Source: an uncultured Verrucomicrobiae bacterium
GTDB taxonomy: Bacteria; Verrucomicrobiota; Verrucomicrobiia; Chthoniobacterales; Chthoniobacteraceae
DNA length: 64,000 bases
Direction of reading: 5' to 3'
Assembly: GCA_963769025.1 (NCBI GenBank)
Contig: CAVYKI010000002.1
Coordinates: 352,001 to 416,000, forward strand
Part shown: in pieces, positions 44,183-55,953 of the stretch
Layout: each line of letters starts with the position of its first letter
How positions within the stretch are numbered: the stretch's first letter is position 1
Translations under genes and position numbers: made by a program
Notes under the pieces: generated by a model
Told to the model about the DNA's origin: nothing
The model's database searches: none
The model's input: only the letters and a program-made list of their open reading frames with translations

Positions 44183-45328
44183 ATGCCGACGCTCCTCCCG
44201 CCCAGCCGCCAAGCATCATGGTTCCAGGCCCGCCGCGCCGCGCTCGTTGCCTTGTGTGTCCACGTTTGCCTGAGCCTGTGCGCGGCGGGCGCGAACGGTG
44301 CCGAGAGCGGGACGGATCGTGTGCGTGTGGTCCGGGCGTCCGCGGCGGGGCAGGTGGTGAAGGCGCAGGCGGGCGCGGATGGGACGATTCATGTGCTCGG
44401 CGACTCGGCGGAGGGGCCGCGGTATGTGAGATCGACCGACGGCGGACTCACTTTCAGCGCGCCCATCGCCGTCGTGGACGGGGCCGCGCGGAAACCCGGG
44501 CTCAAGTTCATCGTCTGGGATATCGCCCTGGGCAAGGATGGCCGCGTGCATGTGGCGCTCGGGACCAATGCGTGGCAGTTGAAGCTGCCGAAGGACGAGT
44601 GGGGATTCTTTTACACGAGCCTCGCGCCGGGCGCGAAGTCGTTCGCGCCGGTGCGGAATCTCAACCGCATCCCCAGCGAAGGATTTTCCCTCGCCGCCGA
44701 TGCGCGCGGCACGGTGACCGCGTGTTTCCTCGCGGGGAAAATCTTCACGATGGTGTCGCACGATGGCGGCGCGACTTTCTCGGCGGCCACGGAACTCAAC
44801 CCCGCGTGGAACCCGTGCCGCTGCTGCACGACGAGCGTGGCCTTCGGGCGCGACGGCACCCAGGCGCTGCTCTATCGCGAGGAGACCAACAACGACCGCG
44901 ACATCCACCTCGCGCTTTGGAAACCGAATCCCGGCAGCGAGCCGGCGCGCACGCGCATCAGCGACACGCCGTGGAAAATCGCGGCGTGTCCGATGACCTA
45001 TTTCACAGTCGTCCCCACCGAGGCCGGCTACCTGGCGGCGTGGCCGACGAAGGGGGAGGTGTTCTTTGCACGGATGGACAAGGATGGCGCCGTCCTGCCT
45101 CCGGGGGAAATCAAGACGCCTGCCACGAGCGGGATGCGCACCGGCGTGCTGGCACTGGGCGCGCCTGACGGCGCGACGCTCATTGCGGCGAAGAACAAGG
45201 ACGTGCTGACATGGCAGCTCTACGACGCGAAAGGCCAGCCGCTGGGTGTCGCCGGGACCGACGCCAGTCCGGGTGCCGGAGCCGCGGGCGTCGTGCTTCG
45301 GGGTGGAAAGTTCGTGCTGTTCCTATGA
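44183..45328 (+). CDS. Exported BNR/Asp-box repeat (sialidase-like) protein
   Basis: STDGGLTF and SHDGGATF Asp-boxes; CRCC and CPM motifs. Confidence 0.65.
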   Translation: MPTLLPPSRQASWFQARRAALVALCVHVCLSLCAAGANGAESGTDRVRVVRASAAGQVVKAQAGADGTIHVLGDSAEGPRYVRSTDGGLTFSAPIAVVDGAARKPGLKFIVWDIALGKDGRVHVALGTNAWQLKLPKDEWGFFYTSLAPGAKSFAPVRNLNRIPSEGFSLAADARGTVTACFLAGKIFTMVSHDGGATFSAATELNPAWNPCRCCTTSVAFGRDGTQALLYREETNNDRDIHLALWKPNPGSEPARTRISDTPWKIAACPMTYFTVVPTEAGYLAAWPTKGEVFFARMDKDGAVLPPGEIKTPATSGMRTGVLALGAPDGATLIAAKNKDVLTWQLYDAKGQPLGVAGTDASPGAGAAGVVLRGGKFVLFL

Positions 45329-45425
45329 CGGCCACATCGGCAGACAGCCCGCGCCCCATTCCCGTCGTGGTCGCACATTCCCCGCGGGACCCCCGGCGGA
45401 GCTGAAGCGAGCCTGACCAAAAGCC

Positions 45426-46646
45426 ATGCCTCCTTCACCCGAGATCGCAGCACCTCCCGCCGAGCGCCTGCGGTCGGTGGATGCGCTCCGCGGATTCGAC
45501 ATGTTTTGGATCCTCGGCGCGGGGATCTTCGTGAAGGCGCTCGACAAGATGAGCGACAACTCGCCCACGCGCCTGCTCGCCGAGCAGCTCCAGCATGTGC
45601 AGTGGGAAGGCGTCCGGTTCTACGATCTGATCTTCCCGCTCTTCCTTTTCATCGTCGGAGTGTCGCTCGTCTTTTCGCTCGACCGCACGCTGGCCCGCGC
45701 CGGGCGGGCAAAGGCGGTCGTCCAGATCGTGCGGCGCAGCGTGCTGCTCTTTTTGCTCGGCGTGCTGTACAGCGGCGGGCTGTCGGACCGTTGGCCGGAT
45801 GTCACCCTCGGCGGCGTGCTCCAGCGCATCGCGGCGTGCTACCTTTTCGCCGCGCTCATCTACGTCTGGTACGCCAGTCGGCTGAAGGTGATCGCCGGCA
45901 TCGCCGCCGCGCTGCTCGTCGGATACTGGGCGCTGCTGTCGTTTGTGCCGTTCCCCGATTTGCGGCTGGAAAAGGGGAGCGTGGAGGAAGTCGCGCAGCG
46001 CATCGGCTCGCACGATCCGGCGGTGATCGCCGCGGCCGTGCCGGGGCGCGTGCAGGGCCTTTACGAGGAGCACCGCAACCTCGCCAACTACCTCGACTTC
46101 CGTTTCCTGCCCGGAAAAAAGATGTCGCTGTACTACATCAACGAAGGCCTGCTGAGCACGCTGCCTTCGATTGCGCTCTGCCTGTTCGGCATCTTCGCCG
46201 GGCGGCTTTTGAAAGGAGGCACGGACCCACGGCGGAAGGTCGCACTGCTGTTTGCGGCCGGAGCAGCGGGCATCGTGCTCGGCTGTCTGTGGTCGCTGCA
46301 ATTTCCGCTCATCAAGCGCATCTGGACCTCGTCATTCGTCCTCGTGTCGGGCGGCTACAGTGCGGCGATGCTCGGGCTTTTTTACTACGTCGTGGATGTG
46401 CGGAAATGGAACCGCTGGTGCGAGCCGTTCGTGTGGATCGGCATGAACTCGATCACGCTCTATCTCTCGGCGCGCTTCATCAACTACACCGGGAGCGCCG
46501 AGAAATTCGTGGGCGGCGACGTGAAGGCGTTCCTCGACTCGCAGGTGCAGGGGCTCGGCAGCCTCGGCATCGCGGTATCCGGCCTCGGCCTGGTCTTCCT
46601 GCTCGCGTGGTTCCTGCATCGCCGGCGGATTTTTCTGCGCGTGTAG
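45426..46646 (+). CDS. DUF5009 / heparan-alpha-glucosaminide N-acetyltransferase-like membrane protein
   Basis: RLRSVDALRGFDMFWI, DLIFPLFLFIVG, GVLQRIA, EGLLSTLP, IKRIWTSSF, IGMNSI. Confidence 0.9.
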   Translation: MPPSPEIAAPPAERLRSVDALRGFDMFWILGAGIFVKALDKMSDNSPTRLLAEQLQHVQWEGVRFYDLIFPLFLFIVGVSLVFSLDRTLARAGRAKAVVQIVRRSVLLFLLGVLYSGGLSDRWPDVTLGGVLQRIAACYLFAALIYVWYASRLKVIAGIAAALLVGYWALLSFVPFPDLRLEKGSVEEVAQRIGSHDPAVIAAAVPGRVQGLYEEHRNLANYLDFRFLPGKKMSLYYINEGLLSTLPSIALCLFGIFAGRLLKGGTDPRRKVALLFAAGAAGIVLGCLWSLQFPLIKRIWTSSFVLVSGGYSAAMLGLFYYVVDVRKWNRWCEPFVWIGMNSITLYLSARFINYTGSAEKFVGGDVKAFLDSQVQGLGSLGIAVSGLGLVFLLAWFLHRRRIFLRV

Positions 46647-46970
46647 CGGGGCGGGATGCGGTGCTTGTGGTCGGCACCCGGAAGCTTCGTTGGTGCGGCG
46701 CGGAAGTTGATAATTTAATTCCTTAACCGAAGAGTCTCAAGAATTTGCGCGAATGAGGAATTATTCGTTGACGGCAACGCGAAACTCGAAAGAAGCGCAG
46801 TCGGCATGGCAATATTCATCCGATATCGCTCGAGGGAACGGCACCGCGCCATGCTTCCCGGGCAGGTTTGCCCGGCAAGATAGGGATCCCCTCGGCACCT
46901 CCGGAAACAGACCTCAGTCCATCCATTTCGACCACTCGCCGCCAACCCAACCACCCGCTCACCCAACTCC

Positions 46971-49900
46971 ATGAAGACCACCAAAGCCACCACCGTCGTC
47001 TCCCTCCGCACCAGCCGCAAGAATCGCATTGGCCGCAAGTCCGGGCTGCGCCCATCCATCCTCGCCACCTCGATCGCTGCGTTGTTGGCGTGGGGGAACC
47101 GCGCACGCCCAGCTCACCATTAACCCGAATTTCGACGCCTCGATCGACGCCTTGGGCGTTGTCCAGGCCGCGCAAGTGAAAAGCGCAATCAATGCCGCCA
47201 TCACTCAAGTCACGAGCCTGTTCACGACCTTCAACCCGACGACCATTGCCATTGATTTCCACTCAGTGAATTTCGGGCTCGGCGGCAGCGGCACGGCGCA
47301 ATACACAATGCCGTATTCCACATACAAAACCGCCCTCCTCTCCAACCCGGGCCAGAATGCGGTCCAGACTGCGGCCTACGCCACTCTGCCCGTGGGACCG
47401 GTGGGCGTTGGCGGTCTCAGCAACACGCGGGTCATGGCTGCTGCCGGGTTGGCTCTGGGCGACCCGACGGGCGGTGCAGCTACGGCTATCGCCAGCAGCC
47501 AAGTCTTCGGCTTCAATGGTGGTGCGAATCCGATGACCCGGCAGGCGGGTTATGCGGGCATCGTCGTGTTGAATACAGGGCTGATGTTTGCTGACAGGAA
47601 CAATCCGGTGAACAACCTGTATGACGTCCAGTCGGTGACCATCCACGAGATCAATGAAGTCCTTGGCGGCGCGGGTGGCTTCACCAGTCAGGGCGGGAGT
47701 CCCAGTAATTTCGGAACGATGGATCTTTTCCGCTACAGTGCCCCCAACACAAGGAGCTACACGAGCAATCTCGCCACGTCCGCTTACATGTCCATTGATA
47801 ACGGTGTCACCAACATCGTGAGGTTTAACCAGGAAAACTTGGACAGCGGCGACGCCGGTGACTATGGAAACCCGGTTGCGGTGAATGGATCCGGCATGGT
47901 TGGCAACGTTCCCCCGCGGGTGAACGATGCTTTCAACACGCCGTTTACGACTGGCACGCCGGGAGGCTGGACCAATATTGGGTTCGCAGAGTTCACGAGC
48001 TTTCAGATGACCGGCTTCAACCTCACCGCGCTGGCGATGGCTCCGGGGCGGGTTTGGACAGGCAGCTCGAGCGGCTTTTGGAACCAGGCCAACTGGGCCA
48101 GCGATGCCGCTGGCACGCCCACGGTTTCGCTGCCGACGGCCGCAGACGACATCTCCTTCTCCGCGGCGGGTGCGCACAGCCAGTCCACCACGCTCGGCCA
48201 GAATATCACGATCCGCAGCCTGACCATCAACGACGTCTTCCCGATCAGCATCGCTCCCGGCGGAGCCTTCGCGCTGACCATCTCGGGCCTTGCGGGCACG
48301 GGCATTGATGTGAAGGCGGGCGCCGGGGCGGTGACGATATCCTCGGGCCTCGCGCTCACTGGCAATTCGGACACGATCAATGTGAGCAACGTGGGTGGCC
48401 TCTCGCTCACGGGCGGGCTCGGGGGCACCACCAGTTTCACCAAGACGGGGACCGGCAAGCTCACGTTTGGCAGTTCGCTGAATGTCACCCACACGGGCGG
48501 CATGACCTTGCAAGGGGGCACGCTCAGCCTGCAGCTTGGCCTCGCGGCGGGCTTCGGCACCATCATGACCACGGGCTCGGTGATTGACTATGCCGCGGGC
48601 ATCAACAACGCCGCGCCGATCCAGATCGCCAGCAACACGACGCAGTTCCAGGTGCTCATGGGAACCGCGACGCAGTCGGGTATCATTTCGCAGGACGCCC
48701 CCGGGCGGCCGATGGAGAAGATCGGCGTGGGCACGCTCGTGCTCACGGCAGCGAACAGCTACACGGGCGGCACCAAAGTCAGCGCGGGCACGCTGCAGAT
48801 CGGTAATGGGATGATCGGGAGCATCCATGCCGGGAGCGACGTGGAGGTGCTGCCGGGTGCGACGCTGGACGTGAACTTGGCCGACCTCTCGACCTTTGCC
48901 AATGCCATCAACAACAAGGGGACGGTGCGCGGGATCAACGGGCCTGGCACCACGCAGACATTGAGCGGGAACATCCACGGCATCGGCAGCCTCGTGCAGA
49001 ATGGGAATGGGAAAACCATCCTTACCGGGGTGAACAGCTATTCGGGCGGGACGCAGGTGAGGGTCTCAGGCACGCTGCAGGTCGGCGCGGGCGCGCTGGC
49101 CAGCAGTGTGGGCAGCGGGAACGTGAGTCTGGGCGGCTCTCTGGCGATTCATAATGCGACGGGCGGGCTCATTGCCAATAACATCGACGCCGACGTGGTG
49201 GGCGTGAACGGCTTTTTGGCCACCGCCCAGACGGGGACACTTGAGCTGTCGGGCACGATCACCAACTCGGGCGGTGGCGGCGGAACCCTGAAACTCACGC
49301 AGTTCGGCAGCGGCACGACGATTCTGAGCAATACGGGGAACACCTATTCGGGCGGTACGCTCGTGTCGGGCGGGACGCTGCAGGTGGGCAAGGCCATTGC
49401 TGCGGGGTCGGTCGGGACGGCTGACATCAGCGTTATCAGCGCTGGGACGCTGTCGCTGGTGAACCTCATTGGGAACGCGCTGACGAACAACATCACCAAC
49501 GGAATCGTGGGCACGGGCACGGTGGAGGTGAACTCCGCGAACACGAACACGCTCTCCGGCGCGCTGACGAATGGTGCCGCCGGCACGCTCGCGCTGGTGC
49601 AGAAGGGCGCGGGGACGACAATCCTGACCAGTGCGCTCGGCAACACCTACACGGGCGGGACGACGGTGAGCGCCGGCCCCCTGCAGGTAGGCAATGCGGG
49701 CAACACGGGATCCATCGGCGCCCCTGACGGCACCGGTCAGAGCACCACGATCAATGTCGGGACGGGGGCACGTTCTCGATTGTAAACATGGGCGGCGGCA
49801 GCACCTTTTTGTCCGGTCCCTACAGTGGGAAACTATTTGGAGGGAATATCATCAACAACCTGGGCGGCTCGGGAACCGTGCTGGTTGATTCGACGAACAA

Positions 49901-52900
49901 CGTCGGCCTTTTGTCGAGAATTCAGGACGGGACGGGCAGCCTTGCCGTCACCAAGAACGGCACGGGTGTGGCGTTCTTCACGGATTCGTCCAGTGGCGGG
50001 CCGAACAGCTACTCAGGAGTGACCAACGTGAATGCCGGCACCCTTGCACGGCGGTGACGGTGCAGACGGGTGCGACCCTTTCGGGCACCGGCACGCTGGG
50101 CGGAGCGGTGACGATCAACGACGGCGGCTTCCTCAATCCCGGGACGAGCCCGGGGACGATCACGGTGGCGAGCCGGGGCTGTGGGCGAACGGGACCGGGA
50201 CGCTGTTCCTCAACAACGTGACCAACAGCTTCTTCAACGCGGCGACTCCGGCCGCCGGCCTGAAGGTGACCAACGGCGGGACGGTGAGCGTGACGAATGA
50301 CGCACCGCTGGGTGCCCTCACAGCCGGGATCACCCTGAACAACGGCACGCTGCAGGCGAACGGGACATTCACGCTGACCGCCACGTGGCCAACAGCTACG
50401 CGGGCCCGACCTGGATCACCAACGGCGGCACGTTCAACGCGAATGTGCTCGGCGCGCTGCCCTCGACGGCGGCGGACGGCTTCGGCGGCATCGCCACCGT
50501 GCGCACGACGGTGATCATGGATCCGGTCGGCGCGATTCCCGCATCGAGCGCGCCTGCCCCGAGCACGGGCAGCTCGGTCCTGAATCTGGTCACAAATCAG
50601 GCCATCCAGGCATTGATCAGCCCGGATACCACGTCAGTCGTGAACCTGAACGCCAACACGCTCCTGATGGGCTTTGCGGGTGCCCCGATGGCTCCCACGA
50701 CGGACCCCGCGGATTTCATGGGCTCCATCACCGGCGTCGGCGGCAAGCTGACCAAGGACGGCACGAACTTCCAGACACTTTCCGGGACGGTGGCGAACAC
50801 CTATGACGGCGTCACCACCATCCTCGGCGGCACGCTGGACCTGAACAAGACCCCGGGGGTGAACGCCATTGCCGGGCACATCACGATCGGCGACGGCGCG
50901 ACGACGCCCGGCCTGGATGTGCTGCGGCTGAGCGCGAGCAACCAGATCATCAACACCTCGATCCTCACGTTCTTCGGGACCGCCGGAAATGCCGGCACGT
51001 TCCGGATGTTCGGCAACAGTGAAACCGTGGGCGGCTTGGTGAGCACCGCCGACGCGGGCGTCGTGGGGAACGGCAATGTCGGCATCTCCATCCTCACGCT
51101 CGACGTGAACACGACCGACCGCGACTTCAGCGGCATCCTCGTGGACGGGGTCGGGATGGGCGGCACGCTGGAACTCGTCAAGAAAGGCACGGCGCAGCAG
51201 ACCCTCTCGGGGACGTTGGCCAACACCTTCACCGGGAACACCACGATCACCGGCGGCACGCTCAACCTGAACAAGGCGGGTGCGATTGCGATCGGCGGGA
51301 ACATCACCATCGGCGACGGCGCGACCACGCCGGGCGTGGATCTGCTGTTGCTGAATGGCACCGGCGGCAACCAGATCATCGACACCTCGATCCTCACGTT
51401 CTTCGGCACGGGCGGCAATGCCGGCACGTTCCGGATGAACAGCAGGAGCGAAGCCGTGGGCGGTCTGGTGAGCACCGGCAACGCGGGCATCGTGGAAAAC
51501 GGCACCGCCGGCACCTCCACGCTCACGCTCGACGTGAACACGACCAACCGCGACTTCAGCGGCATCCTCCAGAACGGCGCCGCTGGCACATTGGTCCTGA
51601 CGAGGACCGGCACCGCCGAGCAGACGCTCTCCGGGACGGTGGCGAACACCTTCACCGGCCTGACCACGGTGAATGCCGGCGTGCTCAACCTGAACAAGAC
51701 GCCCGGAGTGAACGCGATCGCCGCAAACGTGACCATCGGCGACGGCGCCGGCGGCGCGAGCAGCGACATCCTGCGGCTCCTCGCCGCCAACCAGATTGCC
51801 GACGCCTCGGTGATGCTCATCAATGGAAGCAGCGGCAGGTTCGATCTGAACAACAACAACGAGACCGTCGGCTCCATCGCGGACACCGGCGTCGTGACGC
51901 CGAGCGGCAGCAGCGTGACCCTCGGCAGCGCAACGCTCACCACGGGCGACAACAACAACACTACGACCTTCAGCGGCGTCGTCAGCGGAATGGGTGGCAA
52001 CCTGATCAAGGAAGGCACCGGCACCTTCACCCTCGCCGGACCGAACACCTACACGGGGACGACCAACGTCAACAACGGCATCCTCCGCGCGGCCAACGCC
52101 ACGGCGCTGGGCACCGCGGCGGGCAACACGGTCGTGGCCACCGGCACGTCGCTTCAAGTCGCCAATGGCACTGCGCTCGGCGCGGAACCGGTGGTCCTCA
52201 ACGGCTTCGGCTTCGGCGGCATCGGCGCGCTGACGCAGGATGTGAACGGCACCTCCAGCTTCGCCGGGCCCATCACCGTGGCGACGAATTCGAGCATCAG
52301 CACCAACGGCACCGGCACCTTCACGCTCACCGGGGCCATTGAAAAGGATGCGACCACGCTGACCCTCCGGGGCGGCGGCACGATCGTCATCTCGGGAGGA
52401 ATCAACGGCGCGACCGCCTTCAGCTCGGACCTCGTGGTGGACGGCACGGGCGCCGGCGGGGTTACGGTCGTCACGATCGACACGCTTCCCAGCTCCTATG
52501 CCGGGCCGACGTGGATCACGAATGGCGGAACGCTCAATGCCAATGTCGTCGGCGCACTGCCCTCGACGGTGGCGGACGGCGGCATCGCGGCAATCCGCAC
52601 GACGGTCATCATGGATCCCACCGCGGCCATCTCCGGTTCACCGGCGCCTTCCCCGAGCACGGGCAGTTCGAAATTGAACCTCGGTGCCAGCCAGGCGATC
52701 CAATCGCTCACCGGTGCGAACGCAACCTCGCAGGTGAACCTGAACGCGAACCTGCTGACCATCGGCACGGCCGCGGGCACGACGACCTTCGCCGGCAGCA
52801 TCGTGGGCGCAGGCGGCAGCATCACCAAGGACGGCGCCAGCACTCAGGTGCTCTCCGGAAACAGCAGCTACTCCGGCACCACCACGCTGAATGCAGGCGT

Positions 52901-53656
52901 ATTGGGAGCCGGATCCTCCAAGGCGCTCGGCAATGCCAATCTCACGGTCAACGCGGGCACGTTGATGACGGTGGGCGGGCCGTTCGCGGTGAACATCGGC
53001 GCCGGCAACATTGCGTTCCCCGGCGGCACGATCGTGACGGCGGACGCCTCGGGATCTACGGCACCTACTTCACCGAGAATTTCCATCTCGATGCAGCGGT
53101 GAATGGCGGCCTCAACAGCTACAAGACCCGCCGCACCACGCCGAACAACACCAGCGCCGCCGGCAGCACCGATGGTTCGGAAATCAACGTCCTCGTCGCC
53201 GCGGGCTACGACTGGAAATTGGGCGGCCTGACCGTCGGCCCGACGGCCAGTTACCAGTACACGAATGTGAACCTGGACGGCTTCACCGAGACGGGGGCCT
53301 TTGCCCCGCTGCGCGTCGCCGGCCAGACTGCGGAATCCTCCCGCACCGCCCTGGGCATCCGCGCGTTCTTCGACACGCAGGTCATGGGTGTGGCAGTCCG
53401 GCCCGAGGCGAAGCTCGCCTGGCAGCATGAGTTCGGCGACAACGGGTTCTCGATCACGTCCAACTTCGCGACGCTGGGCGGGAATGCGTTCACCGTCAAC
53501 GGACCGGTCATCGGGCGCGACAGCCTGCTCATGAGCGCGGGCTTCACGATCCTGTGGAACGAGCGCTTCGCGACCTACTTCTTCTATGATGGCGAGGTGG
53601 GCCGCTCGAACTACGACTCGCACAACATCTCCGGCGGCTGCCGCCTCCGCTTCTAG
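46971..53656 (+). CDS. Large autotransporter: N-terminal metalloprotease-like domain, autotransporter-associated beta-strand repeats, partial beta-barrel; broken by frameshifts and junctions
   Basis: Extended signal peptide MKTTK...AHAQ, HEINEVLG...DLFRYSAP, many K-x-G-x-GT-x-x-L-x-x-x-N-x-Y-x-G-x-T repeats, barrel end ...YDGEVGRSNYDSHNISGGCRLRF. Confidence 0.85.
50385..52860 (+). repeat. Internal coding repeats of the autotransporter passenger
   Basis: About 420-nt units beginning near 50770, 51200 and 51620 (QTLSGT.ANT...LNK...IGDGA); second unit type at 50385-50780 and 52490-52860 (SYAGPTWITNGGT...ALPST...RTTVIMDP...PSTGSS). Confidence 0.85.
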
Positions 53657-53930
53657 CGCGGAACGCGCTCCTTCGTCCGTCGCAGCGCGAACACAGACAC
53701 GGGAAGTGCGGCGATCCCGGCGCGATGGCGCTGGGCAGGCGGGCCGCACGGGTTCGCGACCCTTTGGCGTGTGCGTATGCCCGGTCAAATAGCGAACGTC
53801 GGCAATTCAGACTACGCGCTGCAGAGCCCGGAACAGGGGGCTGCAGCGCGTGTCCGAAGCGATTTGCAAAGGATGTGATGTGGGCCATTTCCAAACGGGG
53901 GGAATGCGCTACGTTCCCGGTTCCGAATCC

Positions 53931-54540
53931 ATGAACGTAACCAACGTCAGATTTCAAATCAGCGCGCCGGATCTTGCTTCGTGCCCGGATTCGGAGCTGC
54001 GGGAGTTCGCGTTCATCGGGCGTTCGAATGTCGGAAAGTCATCGCTGCTCAACATGCTCGCCGGTGCGAAGACGCTGGCGAAAGTCTCCGCGACGCCGGG
54101 GCACACGCAGCTGATCAATTTTTTCCCGGTGAACAGTGCGTGGACGCTCGTCGATCTGCCGGGCTACGGCTACGCGCGGACGGCGGGGGGGGATCGCGAT
54201 CGATTCCAGCAGATGATCGCCGGCTACCTCACCGGGCGGGAGAATCTGGCGGGCGTGTTTGTGCTGATCGACTCGCGGCATCCGCCCCAGCAGATCGATT
54301 TGGAATTTGTGCAGTGGCTGATCACGGAGTCGGTGCCATTCGCACTCGTCTTCAGCAAGGCGGACACGGTGAAGGCGGGGCTCCTGCAAAAGAACATCGA
54401 GCTTTTCCAGGCGAAGATCGCGCCGTGGTGCGGTGACGTTGCCGAGGGTTTTCATCACGTCGGCGGAGACGCGGATTGGGCGGCGCGAGCTGCTCGCTTT
54501 CATCGGGGAGGCGTTGGAGGGTGTGGGATCGTTTGCCTGA
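53931..54540 (+). CDS. engB: Ribosome biogenesis GTPase YsxC/YihA (frameshift near 54440)
   Basis: GRSNVGKSSL, TPGHTQ, DLPGYGY, SKAD. Confidence 0.93.
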
Positions 54541-54552
54541 GTGCGGATGCCG

Positions 54553-55665
54553 ATGACTCTCGAGGATCTCGGTTGGAACGCGGCGTTTGAGGCGGAGTTT
54601 GCCCCGTATCTCCGCGAGGGCTGGAAACCGGCGCGGCTGATCCGCGACAACAAGATCACCTACGGCGCGCTGCTCGCGGACGGGGAGGAACTGGAGGTGA
54701 CGATGAGCGGCAAGATCTACCACGATGCGAAAACCGATGCTGAATTGCCGGCGGTGGGCGACTGGGTGGCATTGGAAATCGGCGGCGAAGACGACGAGAC
54801 GATGATCCGCGCGCGGCTCACGCGGCAGACATGCCTCTCGCGCAAGATGTCGGGCCGGAGCACGGAGGAGCAGGTCATCGCGGCGAATGTCAACGTGGTG
54901 GTCGTGGTCACGGATGCGGGATCGGATTTCAGCCAGCGGCGGATGGAGCGCTACTTCGCCATCATCGGGAAGAGCCGCGCGAAGGCCGTGGTGCTGGTGA
55001 ACAAGGCGGATCTTTTTTCCGACACGCAGAATCGCGAGGCCGCGGACGCCATCCGTGCGCTCAATCCGGAGGCGGACGTGCACATCACCAGCGCGGAAAA
55101 GGGGACGAGCCTGAAGGTGCTGAAGCAGTACCTGAAGCGCGGCGTCTCGATGACGCTGGTCGGATCGAGCGGCGTGGGGAAATCATCGATCGTGAACCAC
55201 CTCCTCGGGGACGATTACCAGTGGACCGACGAGGTGAACGAGACCACTGGCAAAGGCCGCCACAGCACGACGGCGCGCGAGCTGTTCGTCCTGCCGGCCG
55301 GCGGAATCCTGATCGATAATCCGGGCATTCGGGAAATCCACATGTGGACCGACGAGACGACGCTGCGCGAGCGCTTCGCCGACATCGAGGAACTGGCCGC
55401 CCAGTGCAAATTTTACGACTGCAAACACGGCACGGATGCGGGCTGCGCGATTCGCGCGGCGATGGCTGCGGGCAAGCTGAGCAAGGAGCGCTTCGAGGGT
55501 TTTCAGAAACTGGAGGAAGAGCTCGAAAAGCTCCGTCTCAGCCGGAAGAAACGGCAGATGACCGGCGACCGCCACATCCGGCGGCAGCAGCAGGGGAAGG
55601 CGCGGCGGTATGCGGAGCGCAGCGAGCGCGAGCACGAGCACGAGCCGCGGCGGAAGCGGGATTAG
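54553..55665 (+). CDS. rsgA: Small ribosomal subunit biogenesis GTPase RsgA
   Basis: AVGDWV, NKAD, GSSGVGKSS, GKGRHSTT, DNPG, CKFYDCKH...GC zinc knuckle. Confidence 0.93.
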   Translation: MTLEDLGWNAAFEAEFAPYLREGWKPARLIRDNKITYGALLADGEELEVTMSGKIYHDAKTDAELPAVGDWVALEIGGEDDETMIRARLTRQTCLSRKMSGRSTEEQVIAANVNVVVVVTDAGSDFSQRRMERYFAIIGKSRAKAVVLVNKADLFSDTQNREAADAIRALNPEADVHITSAEKGTSLKVLKQYLKRGVSMTLVGSSGVGKSSIVNHLLGDDYQWTDEVNETTGKGRHSTTARELFVLPAGGILIDNPGIREIHMWTDETTLRERFADIEELAAQCKFYDCKHGTDAGCAIRAAMAAGKLSKERFEGFQKLEEELEKLRLSRKKRQMTGDRHIRRQQQGKARRYAERSEREHEHEPRRKRD

Positions 55666-55935
55666 TCACCGCTGTTTCGTGCCGGGCGGCGTGCGGCCCG
55701 GGCCGAAATATTTCTCGCTGCGGTAGCGGAGCCAGACGCGGAGGACTTGCGGGATTTTCTCCCGCTCGGCCTTGGTGAGCGTTTCATAAAGGGCGAGCGC
55801 CTTCTCGCGTTCGCCGCGGCAGGCGCGGTTGTTGTGCGCGTCCCATGCGCTGCGCGCGGCGCGGATGCGGCGGCAGGTTTCCTTGATGAGGGCTTCGCCA
55901 ACGAGCGGTTGGGTGTTGTTCGTTTTCGCGGGCAT
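55666..55935 (-). CDS. Conserved hypothetical basic protein (89 aa)
   Basis: AWDAHNN...IPQVLRVWLRYRSEKYFG; downstream of the methyltransferase. Confidence 0.6.
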   Translation of the reverse strand: MPAKTNNTQPLVGEALIKETCRRIRAARSAWDAHNNRACRGEREKALALYETLTKAEREKIPQVLRVWLRYRSEKYFGPGRTPPGTKQR

Positions 55936-55953
55936 CGCGGAAGGACGGTGCCG

